A DNA stretch of 64,000 nucleotides from Azolla caroliniana (Eukaryota > Plantae > Polypodiophyta). Shown here piece by piece: positions 26,476 to 39,496 of the stretch. Location of the stretch: positions 17,484,001-17,548,000 of the forward strand of contig JBHGNT010000016.1 of the NCBI GenBank assembly GCA_043228905.1, read 5' to 3'. The notes beneath the pieces are model-generated. The model was not told the DNA's origin and did not search any database. It worked only from the letters and a program-made list of their open reading frames with translations. The position numbers were made by a program, and so were the translations under genes. Positions within the stretch are counted from its first letter, which is position 1. Every line of letters starts with the position of its first letter.

Positions 26476-26625
26476 GGAGTTTAATGATGGGAGAGAGGGA
26501 AACGGGGAATTGTGATAGGTAATGGATTGGTTAGTGAAAGTGGGTTAGAGGGGGGTTATATGTATGTACATGATAAGTGATAGGTGGGGGTGGGTGTGGG
26601 GGTGGGATATAAAAGGCATATAGTA

Positions 26626-27620
26626 TTAAGTGGGAGTTTTTATGGATTTATATTTAGTTTTGACGAGAAGGGAATGAATGGACTTAGACTTAGTCCAACA
26701 TATGAAGGGTCGCGGTAGTTCGGATAGTTGGGGATGTGTGGCTAAATCTGCGTGGAGGTTTTCTAGCATGTCGTGAATTCCTAATCTAGGGGTATCTTTC
26801 GTATACCTAAGTTTGAAGATGACAGGTATAAGGGTACTTTTAGGTTTTCTACTAAATACTAGCGATTTCCTAGCGTTAAATGGCACCTTTTTATAATTCT
26901 CTAATATAAAAGAAAGGGGATACCCTCTCTTAACTAATCTACTAAAAAATAGTTTTTTCATTCGAAGGAAACCTAAGGGGGTACTTTCTCTAATTAGGTA
27001 TCGTTTTAGTTCATTAATAATAAAATGACGTTTTAAGTGAAGGGGGTGAACTGACGAGAATGAGAGATATTGGTAGGCATTTTGGGGCTTTTGGTAGCAA
27101 TTAAAGGAGAAATGTGAATTCTTTAGGTTAATCCATAAATCTAAGAACGGTAATCTAAAGGGAGAAGTGGTGATGGTAATTTTGATGCAATTATTAGTGG
27201 AGGTGTTATAGAACTGGAGGTAATTTTCTAATTCGGGTTTAGTACCTGTCCATATCACGAATGCATCATCTATATATCTAGTGAAATAAAAAAGATTAGG
27301 GTGTGATGGCTGGGAGTTCTCTAAGTGAGCTAAGAATAGGCATGCATAAACTACAGAAAAATTACTACCCATGGCTGTACCCTTGACTTGTTGATAGATC
27401 ATGTCATCAAAGGATAGAAAGTGATATTCTAATGTGAGTGTGCTAAGTGTATAGATAAGGTTAGTTTTAGAAGATGAAAAATGTGGGGTAATCATTTTTC
27501 GTAAAGCTTGGAGTCCTAACCTAGGGGGTATGCTGGGATATAGAGATTCAACATCAAAGGTGAAGATAAAGCTATTAGGGGGTGGGTTGAGATGTTCTAA
27601 AGTCTGGACAAGGGAGGAAG
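26626..27620 (-). CDS. Penelope-like element reverse transcriptase (5'-truncated, no C-terminal GIY-YIG)
   Basis: TFDVESLYPSIP, QQVKGTAMGS, RYIDDAF, LPFLDL, YQKP..YQYL..SVHP and RLVKRGYP are PLE RT/thumb motifs. Confidence 0.9.
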
Positions 27621-28551
27621 TTTACTAGTGACTTTTGGATGCAAGTTTTTAAGAAGTTAGAAACTACGTTAAGCATGAGCTCCACAGATCATCCTCAATC
27701 CGATGGACAGACAAAACAACTAAATCAAATTATTGAGGACATGCTTCGAGTATATGTTGGTGGAAAACCAACAAAATGGGAACGTTATCTCCCAATTTTG
27801 TAGTTTACTTATAACAACTCCAAGCATACGTTGACGGGATATAGTCCTTTTATGTTGATGGATGGTTTTCAGCCACGAGCCCTGATTGATGTTAATATAC
27901 ATCATGATTGGTTGCGAAGTACGCAAAACTTTCTTTGGGATATGCAAGATATGTTGCATATGGCACGAGATAATATAAAATTAGCTCAAGATAGAGCATG
28001 TTTTTACGCCGATCATAATAGGCAACCTCGTGTATTCAACCTTAGATAGAAGGTATTTCTACGTGTACGTCACAATTCTAAGAAATTGTCTACAGGAAAG
28101 TGCGCTAAGTTAACCCCATGGTTTTGTGGACCTTTTCAAGTCCTCAAACGCATTGGTTCATCAGCCTATCATCTCGCTCTTCCCAATGGCGTTGAAATTT
28201 ATCCAGTTTTTCATGTAAGTCGTCTAAAAGAACTTCTAGGTTCTGGTGACAATACAGTTGCAACTGAAACTCTGGTTACTTATGAAGAATTATCTTCTAA
28301 ACCACATGTACCAGAAAGAATTCTCGATGTTAAAACAAAAAAATTGTGTGCTAAAATAAGACGAGAGTTTAAAATTAAATGAATGGATAAATCTATCAAA
28401 GATGCCACATGGGAACGCGAAAATACTCTTAGAACTAACTTCCCTAACTTTCCATTGCAAGAGTGCAATGTTTTAAAGAGGGGGAGTATGTTACGGGCAT
28501 GACCATATAATATCTCGCGGTGAGAATTTACCATAGTATTCTATACACGTG
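27621..28551 (+). pseudogene. Chromovirus integrase plus chromodomain, PPT and start of a 3' LTR
   Basis: HPQSDGQT, GPFQVLKRIG, PVFHVSRLK, PERILD...DATWE; PPT AAGAGGGGGAG followed by TG at 28489. Confidence 0.88.
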
Positions 28552-28905
28552 TGTTACTCCTTGGGGCAGGACTAGCCCTAACACAAGGTGTCCCTCTAGG
28601 ACACTTCACCAAAGGGTGGTGAAAGTGGGGTAGGCATAGACCGTGATACAAACGTATTCCTAACCGGCTACTAACTAGTGTGGTTAAGGATCGTAATACA
28701 CGCGTAAGTAATTAACTAAAGCCTCAAAGATTAAACAAGATGTAGAACAACAATACTTTCATTAATAAACTGCTAGCTGATTACAATCTAACTAGGTTCT
28801 TTTATAGGTCACCGGCTTTGGGTTACGAACTAGTGCCAACCGGCAACCGGCCACAAACCGGTCCGGATCCGGACCAACATACCAATTCCGGATCTGTCCG
28901 TTCGC
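28552..28905 (-). repeat. LTR fragment related to 35831-36265
   Basis: Shares CCTAACACA.GGTGTC...GACACTTCACCAAAGGG and TTCATTAAT blocks. Confidence 0.7.
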
Positions 28906-28908
28906 TTC

Positions 28909-30100
28909 TCAAAATATAATCACTATAACAACTCCTGGTATTAAATTAATTATCCCTTTCCCATTCTGGACTTTTATCCGACTTTTAAGTCTTTGCCGGT
29001 CAACAACGTAGATAAGTGTGAGGGTTAAATGAGTGACTAAAGCCTTTTGGTCGGTATTGGATTCACGGTCCTTCTGGCGAGCTTCTTCTTTCAGCAAGCT
29101 CGACTTCACCTGCTCTAGGGATACATGCTTCCCTTCATCGTCTCCCAGTTGTATGGAAGGGATCCCAACAAGAAAAATGTTAATACCTCGTCGACTAGAG
29201 GTACTTCTAGGGAGGTGGTTTGGTTCATCAATCTTTGGAAGACATTGATGTGCTCCGCCATCCGGAGCCATCCTGATACCGGAACCTCACGATTTTTCGA
29301 AATACTGAGATTCGGTTCATGACGTTCATGTTTTCGAACATGACGCTCATCTTCTTCCATAGGACGTCTGCTTTTGTTTCTTTGCCGAAGTTGTTGTATA
29401 GACTCATGTCTATAAAACACCTTCTATATGCGGCCGCCTTCAAATGCGACAGTTCCCACATCGCTGCATTGATCTTGTCTGGTCTTTTATCTCCGAACTG
29501 CACCGGAATCCAGAGTTCTTTGCACACGAGCATGTCTCTCATCGTCGACATTGACACTGAGTAGTTGGAGCCGGTTTGCGTAAACATGTCGTCGAACGAG
29601 TCTTCCATAGCTCTGATACCACTTTGTTAGGAATCGACCGGCCACAATTGGTTTCACGTTCGTATTCGTGTGCAAAAACCAAGTACTAGTACACAGACAA
29701 GAAAAAATGTCAAGACACAAAGACACTGATCTTTTGCGTGGAAAATCTAAAATGGGAAAGTCCACAAGGGTCCAAAAACCCCGAGAAAACAGATAACTAT
29801 AATAGAGAGGAAGTACAAATATGGAACTTGGAGACATCAACCTTGAGTTCTCCTACATCTCACAGATGGCTACAAAGTTACACCCTCACTCTCTCACTAA
29901 CGGTTACAGAGGCAACTACCTCATTCTAACTTTCAATAATGATCACGAACTCTTACTATAAAGTTTGCCCTAGTTGCTTATAAACCCAAGCAACTTTTTG
30001 GCTATTTACAAGTATAGCCCCCCCATGAGGCATTTTAGACTATTTACAATTATAGTCTTCCGAAACGATTTCGATTTCGATTTCGGTTTTCGGCCATATG
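28909..30100 (-). mobile_element. Copia 5' LTR, tRNA-iMet PBS and decayed gag
   Basis: GCTCTGATACCA at 29610-29621; LTR begins at 29625; gag similar to the ORF at 60634. Confidence 0.82.
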
Positions 30101-30473
30101 TGTTGGCCGTAGTATGACTCGGAGGATAAATGTGCAAAGGGACGAGTCGGATATTATAATTAGATTAGGTAATAATTAGAAATCTTATAGGAATGGACAG
30201 ATCCGAAATAGTTGCACCGATGTGGATTCGGACCGATTGAGAGTCGGCAGCTGGTAAGGCATCATTTTGTATTTCCAACTGGATACCTATAAAAGGATCC
30301 GGGAATCAAAACAAGCGTAAGATAGAGAATGAAAGTACATTACGACAAGTATACAAACGACACAATAATATTAAATCAAAACTCAAACTTGTATTACTTC
30401 CGGTACTAATTACATCGATTCCCAGATCCTTTTATAGGCATCCGGTTGAAAATACAAAACGGTGCCTTACCGG

Positions 30474-31865
30474 TGTCGTGTGAATCTTCACACACTATGT
30501 AAAAAAATAATGAAATAATTATTATAGATTAGATTAGTAGCTTACTATAGAAAGATGGATATACTCAAGAGCTTCAAAACGTTTTTTACTATATACAAAA
30601 TGGAGAAATACATATCAAGTTATGTGAAAATAAAGTTTGGGAAGATAGGGAAATTAGAACTATCCCACATAGATAGGAAAATTAAGGCCCTGGCTATATA
30701 ACCACCTAGAGCTCCCTCATTTTTCATTTGTGCTAAGAGCACTTTGGCCACTTTGTCTTGATGGATGATGGTGGCCAAATTCCCTAAAATTGGAAACCGG
30801 CTGGTAAACAAATTCGGAAACCAGTCGGTATGCAAACCGGAAATAGGCCGGTAAGCAAAACCGGAACCGGAAACCGGCCGGTAAGCAAAACCGGAATCGG
30901 AACCGGCAAGCAAACCAGAACTGGAACCGGCTAGCAAGCAAAACCGGAACTGGAACCGGCTGGCAAGCAAAATGGAACCGGCCAACAAGGGATTCGGTGA
31001 TCGGGCGGAACCGGCTACCGGACGAGGTTGGACGCGGATAGACGGAAGATTGGATCATGCAACAAACTAAAGTAAAGTGAAGAGAACTAAAGTAAAGGCC
31101 ATGTGGACGCAAGCAACTAAAGTTGGAGTGCATGCAAAAAGTAAAGGTCATGTGGACGGTCAAATGCAACTAAATGAAAAAGCCATGCAACTAAAAATAG
31201 ATGCAACTAAAAGAAAAAGATAAGCAACTAAAAGTAGAGGCCATGCAACAAAAAGTGGACATGCAGATGATCAAGGGAGAACTTCATTTAAAATTCCATT
31301 TTTTTTCCTACACTTAGGCTCTCTCTATATATTATATTGTTTTTCTTTTCCTTCGGGGCTCCCCTATCTTATCGAAGCCATAACACTCAAAAACCCTAAT
31401 CTTCCCTACGAAAGCCATAATACTCATATAACCTAATCCTAATTTTCTTATCGAAGCCATATCTCTCAAGTAAACCTTAAGTTCCTTACGGAAGCCATAT
31501 CTCTCAAGTAAACCCTAATTTCCTTATGGAAGCCATATCTTACTCATAACCCTAAATTTCCCTACGGAAGCCATAATACTCATATAACCATAATCTCTTA
31601 TCAAAACCAAAAACCCTAATTTTCTATAGAATTCATATCTTAATTTCCTCTAATCTATTACTCTAGCCATCTCCATTAGCAAACTTTTTGTAATCCCAAT
31701 GTTGGGATTGATTGTAATCTTTCTTTCTACTTGTTAATGAAATTTGTTAATCTTTCTCATTTCGGTTAATTCTTAGTACATAAATATATGAATTTGATAT
31801 CCTCTAGTCAAAGGCCCCGGGGTCTTGCCTTAACATTCACGTATTCTCGTCGTATTTTCGCGACA
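30474..31865 (-). mobile_element. TGTCGCG-family repeat, copy 3 (complete)
   Basis: Reverse complement of 20802-22280; flanked by CCGG/CCGA. Confidence 0.88.
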
Positions 31866-31869
31866 CCGA

Positions 31870-33630
31870 CTACCGGCTCTCAATCGGTTCGGATCCGAAT
31901 CGGTACAACTATTCCAGATCCATCTGTTCCTATAATATTTCTAATTAATACTTAATCATACTCCAGCCAACACATCACATGCTCATGGGACTTTGCATTA
32001 CACGTCGAACCCATGGGTTAGCTCCTTCACTCTTCGTCGAGTATGTGAAAAATACTTTGATCGAAGGATGCGCGTGGTTCTTCATTCTGTTGTTGTTGTT
32101 GTTGTCCCTCCGGATGTTGTTGTTGTTGCCCAACTTCGGCTCCCTTCGGTTGATCCGTTCCAGTTGCCTTTGTATTTTCTACTCTCACTGTCTGCTCCAT
32201 TCTGGTTGCTTCTGACGGCCGATCCAGCTGCTTTTGAGGTAGTGATTGTGGTTGTGGCTCCATTTCTTGCTCTTCATCACTGATGTTTATGGCCTCCACT
32301 CGTTTTTCCACTTCTTTCTGCCTTCGCTCTCGCTCGTATTGCTTGAAGTACATATGTCTGTCGAGTTGATCATCTTCGAGCCTTTTGATGAGCTTTCAAA
32401 CAACGTGCTAGTGAATTTCGGCCAAGGCAAAAAAATCATCCGCCAATTCCTCCCAGATGGTGACAATACTTTCCTCATCCATCTTGTAGAAGTTATCGCC
32501 GGCCTTTTCCGGTTTTCCACATCGGCCCGGAGTATCTGGAGTTCCGCCGCTTATCGGGACCATTCATTCCATACCGATGATGAACAATCTTCGATCTTTG
32601 TCTTCGTTTGGGCCTCCATGCTCCACCAATCATCCGGATTCTATTAATGCCTAGCTTTTTCCTCTCTTCCGTGGCCTCCTTCTCATTTTTGAGTTGCTTG
32701 ATAAATTCAGTGGCAGCCTTCTCCTATACTTCATACTCCATAAATTGGGTCTGGTAGGTCGTTTGCAACCTATCCAAAACCATCTTTGCATGTTGCACTT
32801 CCTCGTAGTGCTTCAATTGGAGTTTCAATCTTTCTTTCGCCACTTCCTCCATCACCGTCGTCGTCATCTCAACCATCATTTTACCTTGATCTGTCAGCGC
32901 CTCCGTTTTTTCCTTCGGCTCTGTCTGAACCTCCTTAAACTTTTCTTATTGTCTGTCATAATCTGACCCTAGCTTCTTATGTTGCGCTTCGAGTTGCTTA
33001 TGATCCTTGTGTAGCTTCTCGAAGTCTTTAGTTTTCTGCTTTTAGAGCACGCCCAATCTTCCTGGTCCTTTTGTTGCCGGATCTCGTCCTTCAGCCTCTC
33101 TATCTCCGTTTTGGGCATCCTCTAAAGCTTGTCTTTTTCCTGCAACAGCTTTTCTCTTTCATCCTTCAACCGGCCATTGTTTGCTTGACTCTTCCGGAGA
33201 TTTTCCTCAGTCCTCCATTTTTCTTCTTCAGCTCTCTTCCTCTATTCTCTTTATTGCTATCTTAATGCTTCCTGGGTGGCTAAATCCTCCCTTGATGTTT
33301 GCATTTCCTATTCCCACTCAGCTTTTTCTCTATAGCTATTCCGGCCACCAGTTCCGCATTCATTTCCGGGGCTTTCTTCTATAAATTAGCTGGTACTACC
33401 GGCTCTGTTCCGGAGCTTGTACCTTGGTCCATTTTTGACATTAGGACCCCAAACTCTTTGTCCCTTGCCAGCTCCTCCTCCAGGCTCCAAATCTTATTTC
33501 GGGCCTTATCCAATTCTTCGGTTGTTGTCAACAACCATTCCACCCGTCTCCGCTCCATCCGTTGCTCTTCATCTATCTGGTCAGCCACAACGGATACCTG
33601 CTTCCCAAGCCATTCTAACCATTTCCGGTA
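31870..33630 (-). mobile_element. Third member of the ORF2-bearing gypsy group: LTR end, tRNA-like 3' UTR and ORF2 remnant
   Basis: ORF2 pieces ERRRVEWLLTTTEELDKARNKI and C-terminal SIFHILDEE match 36321-38009; LTR ends CAACA at 31972. Confidence 0.8.
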
Positions 33631-33639
33631 GGTTCCGTG

Positions 33640-35360
33640 TTGTGTGAGTACAATGAAAACAATGTCTCTAGCCGGACTCGATCGATTGATGGCGGTCGGC
33701 TACATCCCGAAACTCCAGAACAAGACGAACTTCTGTGAGCATTGTTGATACGGGAAACAGATCCGAAGTCTACATTCTCTCCACTACGAGACGGTATAAC
33801 AACCCCTAGAGCTCATGCACACAGATATATGTGGGCCTATGTTTGAGAGATCACTAGGTGGCTCCCAGTACTTCATCACCGTTTTTGATGACTGTAGACG
33901 AAAGGTCTAGGCTTCCTATATGTCGACGACATGTTGATTGTAGAAAGCAATCAAGCCAAAATCAGAAAGCTAAAATGGAGCCTTTATGACAAGTCTGTGA
34001 TGAAGGAACTTGGACAAGCTCGAGACATATTGGGCATGAGGATCGAGCGAAATCGGACGACAAAGACGCTCCAGCTCTCCTAGTCTGACTACATCGGAAA
34101 GGTGTTGAGGCACTTCAACATGGAGAACATGAAGCCAACACCAACACTGCTTCCAACGTCGATTAGAGTATCAGACAGAGACTCTCCTTCAACGAACAAG
34201 GAGATAGAGCTCAATAGGAACATACCCTACACATGGGCCATAGGAAGTATCATGTACGCGATGGTGGCGAGCCGACCTGACCTTGCACATGTCGTATGGG
34301 CATGTCGAACCCAGGATGGAAGCATTGGGAGGTTGTCAAGCACATCTTCAGGTACCTAAAAGGGACTGAGGATGCACAATTGACTTTCGGATAGGCAAAC
34401 CCAACCGAAGTCGATGGCTACACCGACTCCGACTATACCAGGAATTCGGATGATCGGAAGTCGACATCAGGCTACATCTTCAGCTATAGTGGTGGTGCCA
34501 TATCATGAAGGTCGAAGTTGCAAGAGTGCACAACTCTGTCTACCAGAGAGGCAGAATACATAATAGCATCAGAAGCATTGAAGGAAGCCATCTAGTTGCA
34601 CCGACTATCACACGATTTCTCGATGACAAGTCGAATCGATCTACTAGCGCCAACCATCTACTGCGACTCATAGAGCGCGATACACCTCATCAATAATCTT
34701 GTCTATCATGCGAAGACAAAGAAAATTGAGGTGCGGTATCATCATATCTGGGAGCTAGTAACCAAGAAAAAGCTCAAAGTCTAGAAGATCGACATTGAGG
34801 TGAACATCGTCGATTTCCTGACAAAGCCACTTCCAGATTAATGCCACGGAGAGCTAAGGACAAAGATGGGACTACGACAAGCCACCGACTAGAAGAAAGC
34901 CGAACAAGGAGTAGAAGATAAGTTGATCTAACCGACTCAGACAAGCCAACCTGGATGACTAGCCGAATCAAGCTAGATACCAACTTTATCTTTGCCGATT
35001 CGGCAATATGCTGACTGACTTGTAACCATAACTTTAGATTAAAATGTAATCTAGGTTTACAGGGGAGATAACCCTATACAGTTATATGTAGAAAGAGTAG
35101 TCCTTTTACGGGGGAGTTTGTTGGCATAAAAGGGCGACTCCTTCCACTTTGTATCCATAAGTGTGAGCACGTCCAAATAGTTAGGGCTTAGTATATAAGC
35201 TCTAACCTAATGTTGTAAAGAAACTAATTCTTGTATCATGAGTCTCTAAGTGTAGAGTTATAGAATAACAAGAACTTTCAATAGATCTTGAACCGTGTCT
35301 ACGTTTCCATCATCTCTTCTGTCATACTCTATGCGTTGTTTGTTGTACACATAACTGACA
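33640..35360 (+). mobile_element. Deleted copia remnant (IN/RT/RNase H) with PPT and 3' LTR 35119-35360
   Basis: HTDICGP, LYVDDMLI, AIGSIMYAM, DDRKSTSGY; GGGGAG then TG...CA. Confidence 0.8.
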
Positions 35361-35830
35361 GGTCCTCACATTCTTCCGTGCATATTTGCTCACAGGTTTT
35401 TGATGTGCTCAATGGGGTGAGGGGTGTCATCTCTAATTTTGACGACCCCTAACCGTTCCAGCTTCTCAAGATAGGAGAACCATTCTTCATGGTTCATCAT
35501 GTGGATGGAAGCGCCAGAATTAACAGACCACACCTCCTTCGGTTTCGAGGATCTCACCACCATCAAGTTGGCCTTGTGCTTCACCACGAAGGCAAGACCT
35601 GTTCCGGCTCACCCTGAGCCTTCAACGTAGTGTGATCTCTACCGCCTTTCTCCATCGGCATAGCTCAATTCGACTCTATCTAAATCCGATTTCTTCTTCC
35701 AACACTCACTCTCCTTATAGCCCTTCCGATCATAATGCCAGTGCTCAGTAGCTCTGTTTTGCTGGTTCCCACCACGACCATGACTCCCCCTGCTCGTGGA
35801 GGGTCCACCACCATTGCATGTTGATCCGCC
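35361..35830 (-). pseudogene. Copia gag/protease fragment, continuing at 56106-56605
   Basis: EVWSVNSGASIHM; split by the gypsy insertion (TSD CCGCC). Confidence 0.8.
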
Positions 35831-36320
35831 TGTTAACTCTTAGGGCCGGACAATGGCCTAACACAGGGTGTCTACGGAAGACACTTCACCAAAGGGGTGT
35901 TATGGCAATAGGATTAGACTCAACGATTAATCCGACTTAATTAGGCTACTTAGCAAGATCGTCCTTAATAATCACACACGTAAGATATAACAATGAATGC
36001 AAAACGGCAATTAACACAGAGAGATAAAAAAAATTAAGCTTCATTAATTATCCGCCTCTCATTACATTGTATCCGGGCCTTTAAATAGGTTTCCGATCTG
36101 TAGTACAAAACGGTGCCATCCGCACCTGTTCGGGATCAGTCTGGATCCGGAACGGCATACCGATTCCGGACCGTTCGTCCACACTCATAGCTTACTTACA
36201 ACCATTCCTAATAATTAATTAACTCCTCCGTTGCACACTCATAGCTTCTTTGTCGGCTGGTAACACATGGGACGCCCGTGGGACAGTACCTTGTACGTCG
36301 AATCCACCATCCGACCCTTG

Positions 36321-39125
36321 CTATTCTTCATCCAAAATATCCAGAATGCTTTGTTCGAGAGTCTCCAATGGTTCATCTAGAATTGGTTGTTGTTGTGGTT
36401 GTTGTTGCTGCTGTTGCTGCTCTGTTGATGGCTGCTGCGACTGGTCCTTTGATGGCTGCTGCGACTGCTCCTCCGTTTGTTGCTTTGACACCGGCGTTTC
36501 CGTCGTTACTCCCTCCGTTGTAGTGGTCTCCGGTTGACTGGTTCCAGCCTGGCCCTCGGCCGGCGATGGTTCCTCATCACTAAGGTTAACCGTTGTCACT
36601 TCCCGTGCTTTTTCTTCCCGAACCTGGGACCGCTCGTAGCTTTCAAACTGGATTTGAGCGTCCATCCTATCATCGTCTAGCTGAGCTACGAGTTGCCGGA
36701 CCTGCACTAGCTGTTCATCCGCCAGGACTAGGAAGTCTTCGGCCAGCTCGTCCCGTATGGCGGTGAAGTCCTCGGAAGTCAACGTGTAACAATCATCTCC
36801 TTCCTTCCGCCAGTTTGCCACGTCTGCCCGTAGTAATTGGAGTTCCGCCGCATTTTGTGCCCACTTTGTCCACCATCTTACGGAGCTTTCGTCAATCAAG
36901 CGTTTTGTCTAATTCAGCCATGCCCGGAGGATGCACTGAATCCAGCCCGTTCCAAATTGCGATTTGATCTCCGCCGCTTGCCGTTCCTCCTTCAATTGCT
37001 TGATGATTTTGACGTTGTCTTCCGCCTGCTCCTTGTAGTGCATCAATTGCCTTTGATATGTGCTTTGTAATTTTTGCAATACCGTTGACGCTCTCTCCTT
37101 TTCTTCCTGCTGCTACCTCTGGAGCTCCATCCGGACCTTCTCCGCCTCGTCCAACCGTCTTGTATTTTCCGCACGTTCGTCGGCGATCGCCATCGCGGCC
37201 CAATCAACTTCCTGCTGGAGCTTGGCCATCCGTTCCTTATGCTCCGTTTCCAGCCGTTTGAAGTCCCGGTGCAGGTGCTCAAAATCATCTGTCTTTTGCT
37301 TGAGCCGTGCGTTGATCTGTCGACGGGCCCGGTCCTCGCGGTCCTTCTGCTGGCGGAGCTCTTCCTTTAGCCGTTCAATTTCCGTTTCCGCCATCTTTCG
37401 CAGCTTGTCCTTTTCCTGCAACACTTTGTCTTTTGCCTCCCTTAGCCGGTCGTACGCTTGATGGCCATTCCGGAGGCTCTCCTCTGCCCGGCGGAGGTTC
37501 TCAGCAGTCTTCTTTAATTCTGCTTCGGGCGCTGTCTTCAATTCCCGTTCCCGGCTCCTTCGCGCTTCTTGTGCGGCAAGTTCATCTCTCAATTCCGTAA
37601 GCTCCTGGGCTTGCGCCGCATCTCTCTCTGGAACGGTTTCCGTTGCCGGGGTCTTATTGGTATGTACAGGTTGATCTGTTTCTTTATTCTGTACACTTAC
37701 CGGAGTCACCGGTGATTGGATCTGTGTTGCTGTTAAGGCCATTTTGGCCATCTCTGCCATGACCTGATCCAAGTCTTTTTCAAGGCACCGGATTCTGGAC
37801 CGGGCCGTCTCTAGTTGTTCGGTTGTGACGAGCAACCGTTCGCTTTGCGCTCTTTCTTCCGCCTCAATATACCCCACTGCTCCGGCAATCTGTTCGCCTA
37901 TCCACCGGAGCCACAGGCTACCGGTGCATTGTTGTTGTGCTTGCACGGAGGTTTGACAGATGGGCTCACTTGTAGATGGGTGGTCTCGCCTAATTGCACT
38001 GAGTTGCAATTCCGTTTCTGCCCGTGGGCCACCCTGCTATCCTGGTTCCTCTTGCACTTCTTCTTGGCTGGCCGAGGGAGGCTGTATTGACCTTTCTAGG
38101 TTTGGCGGAATGGGACTTCTCGGTGCTGCCGGTGGTACAGGGGCTTCTGATTCCGGTGTTGTGCGCACCGGTTCCGGTTCCTCCCTTGGCGTGGGAGTCT
38201 CAGTATGGGGAGCCGGTGTTCCCTCCGTTTGAGGGTCCGAACGTTTCCCGGCTGCCTCAACAGTCCTTGCTGACAACTGTCGTTGGAGGTGCTCCGTAGG
38301 CTCCTCCTCTATTTCCTCTTCCTGATTCCCTGCATTGAGTTTTGCCGCCAAGGGGTCCGCTTCTCTATTCACCGATCGGCGGAGTGTAACCTTTACGGGC
38401 TGTACCGGTGGTTCCTCCTGCGCATCCGTTGGCCGCTTCCGACTGGCGCTCTCCTTTCCCGCCTGTTCTGCGTCCGCCGCCTTCCCCTTAGTGGCCTTGG
38501 AGGCCAACAACTGTTGTCTTTTGCAAGCCGTCTTTAGGGTGTTGTCCGCCACTCTTCCCCACTTCTTGGGCTGGATGGGCTGGACGGGTGGCACAAGCAA
38601 GGTGAGCCATTGCGTTACTGTGTGCCATATCCTCCATCCTTCTCAGCCTTCTTTGCCGTCTTTTCCTCTAACGATCTCGATCGCCGCACACAAACCGTCT
38701 GCGATCAATACTGGCCAATCCACCTTGATCCCTTCATAGGTGGCGATGATCATCCCTGCCCGGTTCTGCGGCATGACAGGGGGTCTGGGGTACACATGGC
38801 CGTATTCATGGAGCACACGGGCAATCTCGCGGAACGGCATATCTCCGCCGCCCTGTGTCCGGTAGCCCTTGCTGGCTAGGGAGTACTCACCAAAATACTT
38901 GATGAGTTGCTCCGAGGTCGGATTGTCAATCGTGAATATGCCTCCCTCCGGAAGGCCTGTTAACGCACGGATCGCCTCATCCGTTATGACCTCTGTGTCG
39001 ATTTCTTTGATCACCTTGTCGGCTTCTTTGTGTGGCGGTACCTCCATAATCGTCAAGAAGCCCTCGAGCCCGTGTTGCTTTAGCCATTTCTTAGCGGCTT
39101 CCGACAGCGTTTGCGGGTCCATGTC
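36321..39125 (-). pseudogene. Host element ORF2 (coiled-coil accessory protein), frameshifted
   Basis: Homologous to 50027-52654: YFGEYS, RAGMIIATYE..VDW, AAELQLLRAD, SILDILDEE. Confidence 0.85.
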
Positions 39126-39496
39126 TGTGTCGAGGTCGGATTGTGGTGGCAAGGTTGGCTGGTGATGAGAGTGAGAGTGAGAGAGAGAGAGTTCAGAAGG
39201 CGGGGGTTCTCTGTGCGTAGGTTCTTGTCTGATAATCTTGTAGCGCCTTGGTGCTTCTGTGCTCCTGGGTTCGCGAAAGTAGAGGGTCTCCACGCGCAGT
39301 GGTTTTTCTCTGTGCATTTTGGCGCCTTTTTCGAGTGTGTGCACGTCGTGTACTAAAATAGCATTATGTCCTGTGGTGGCGCTTAAATGCCCACTACGTA
39401 CCTTTTCACTCCTCGCTCTTTCGTCCATTCATACCTCACTTTTGCATGATTACTTCGCATTTTTTTTTTTTTGATAAATTTTAATGTGGTGTGAGG

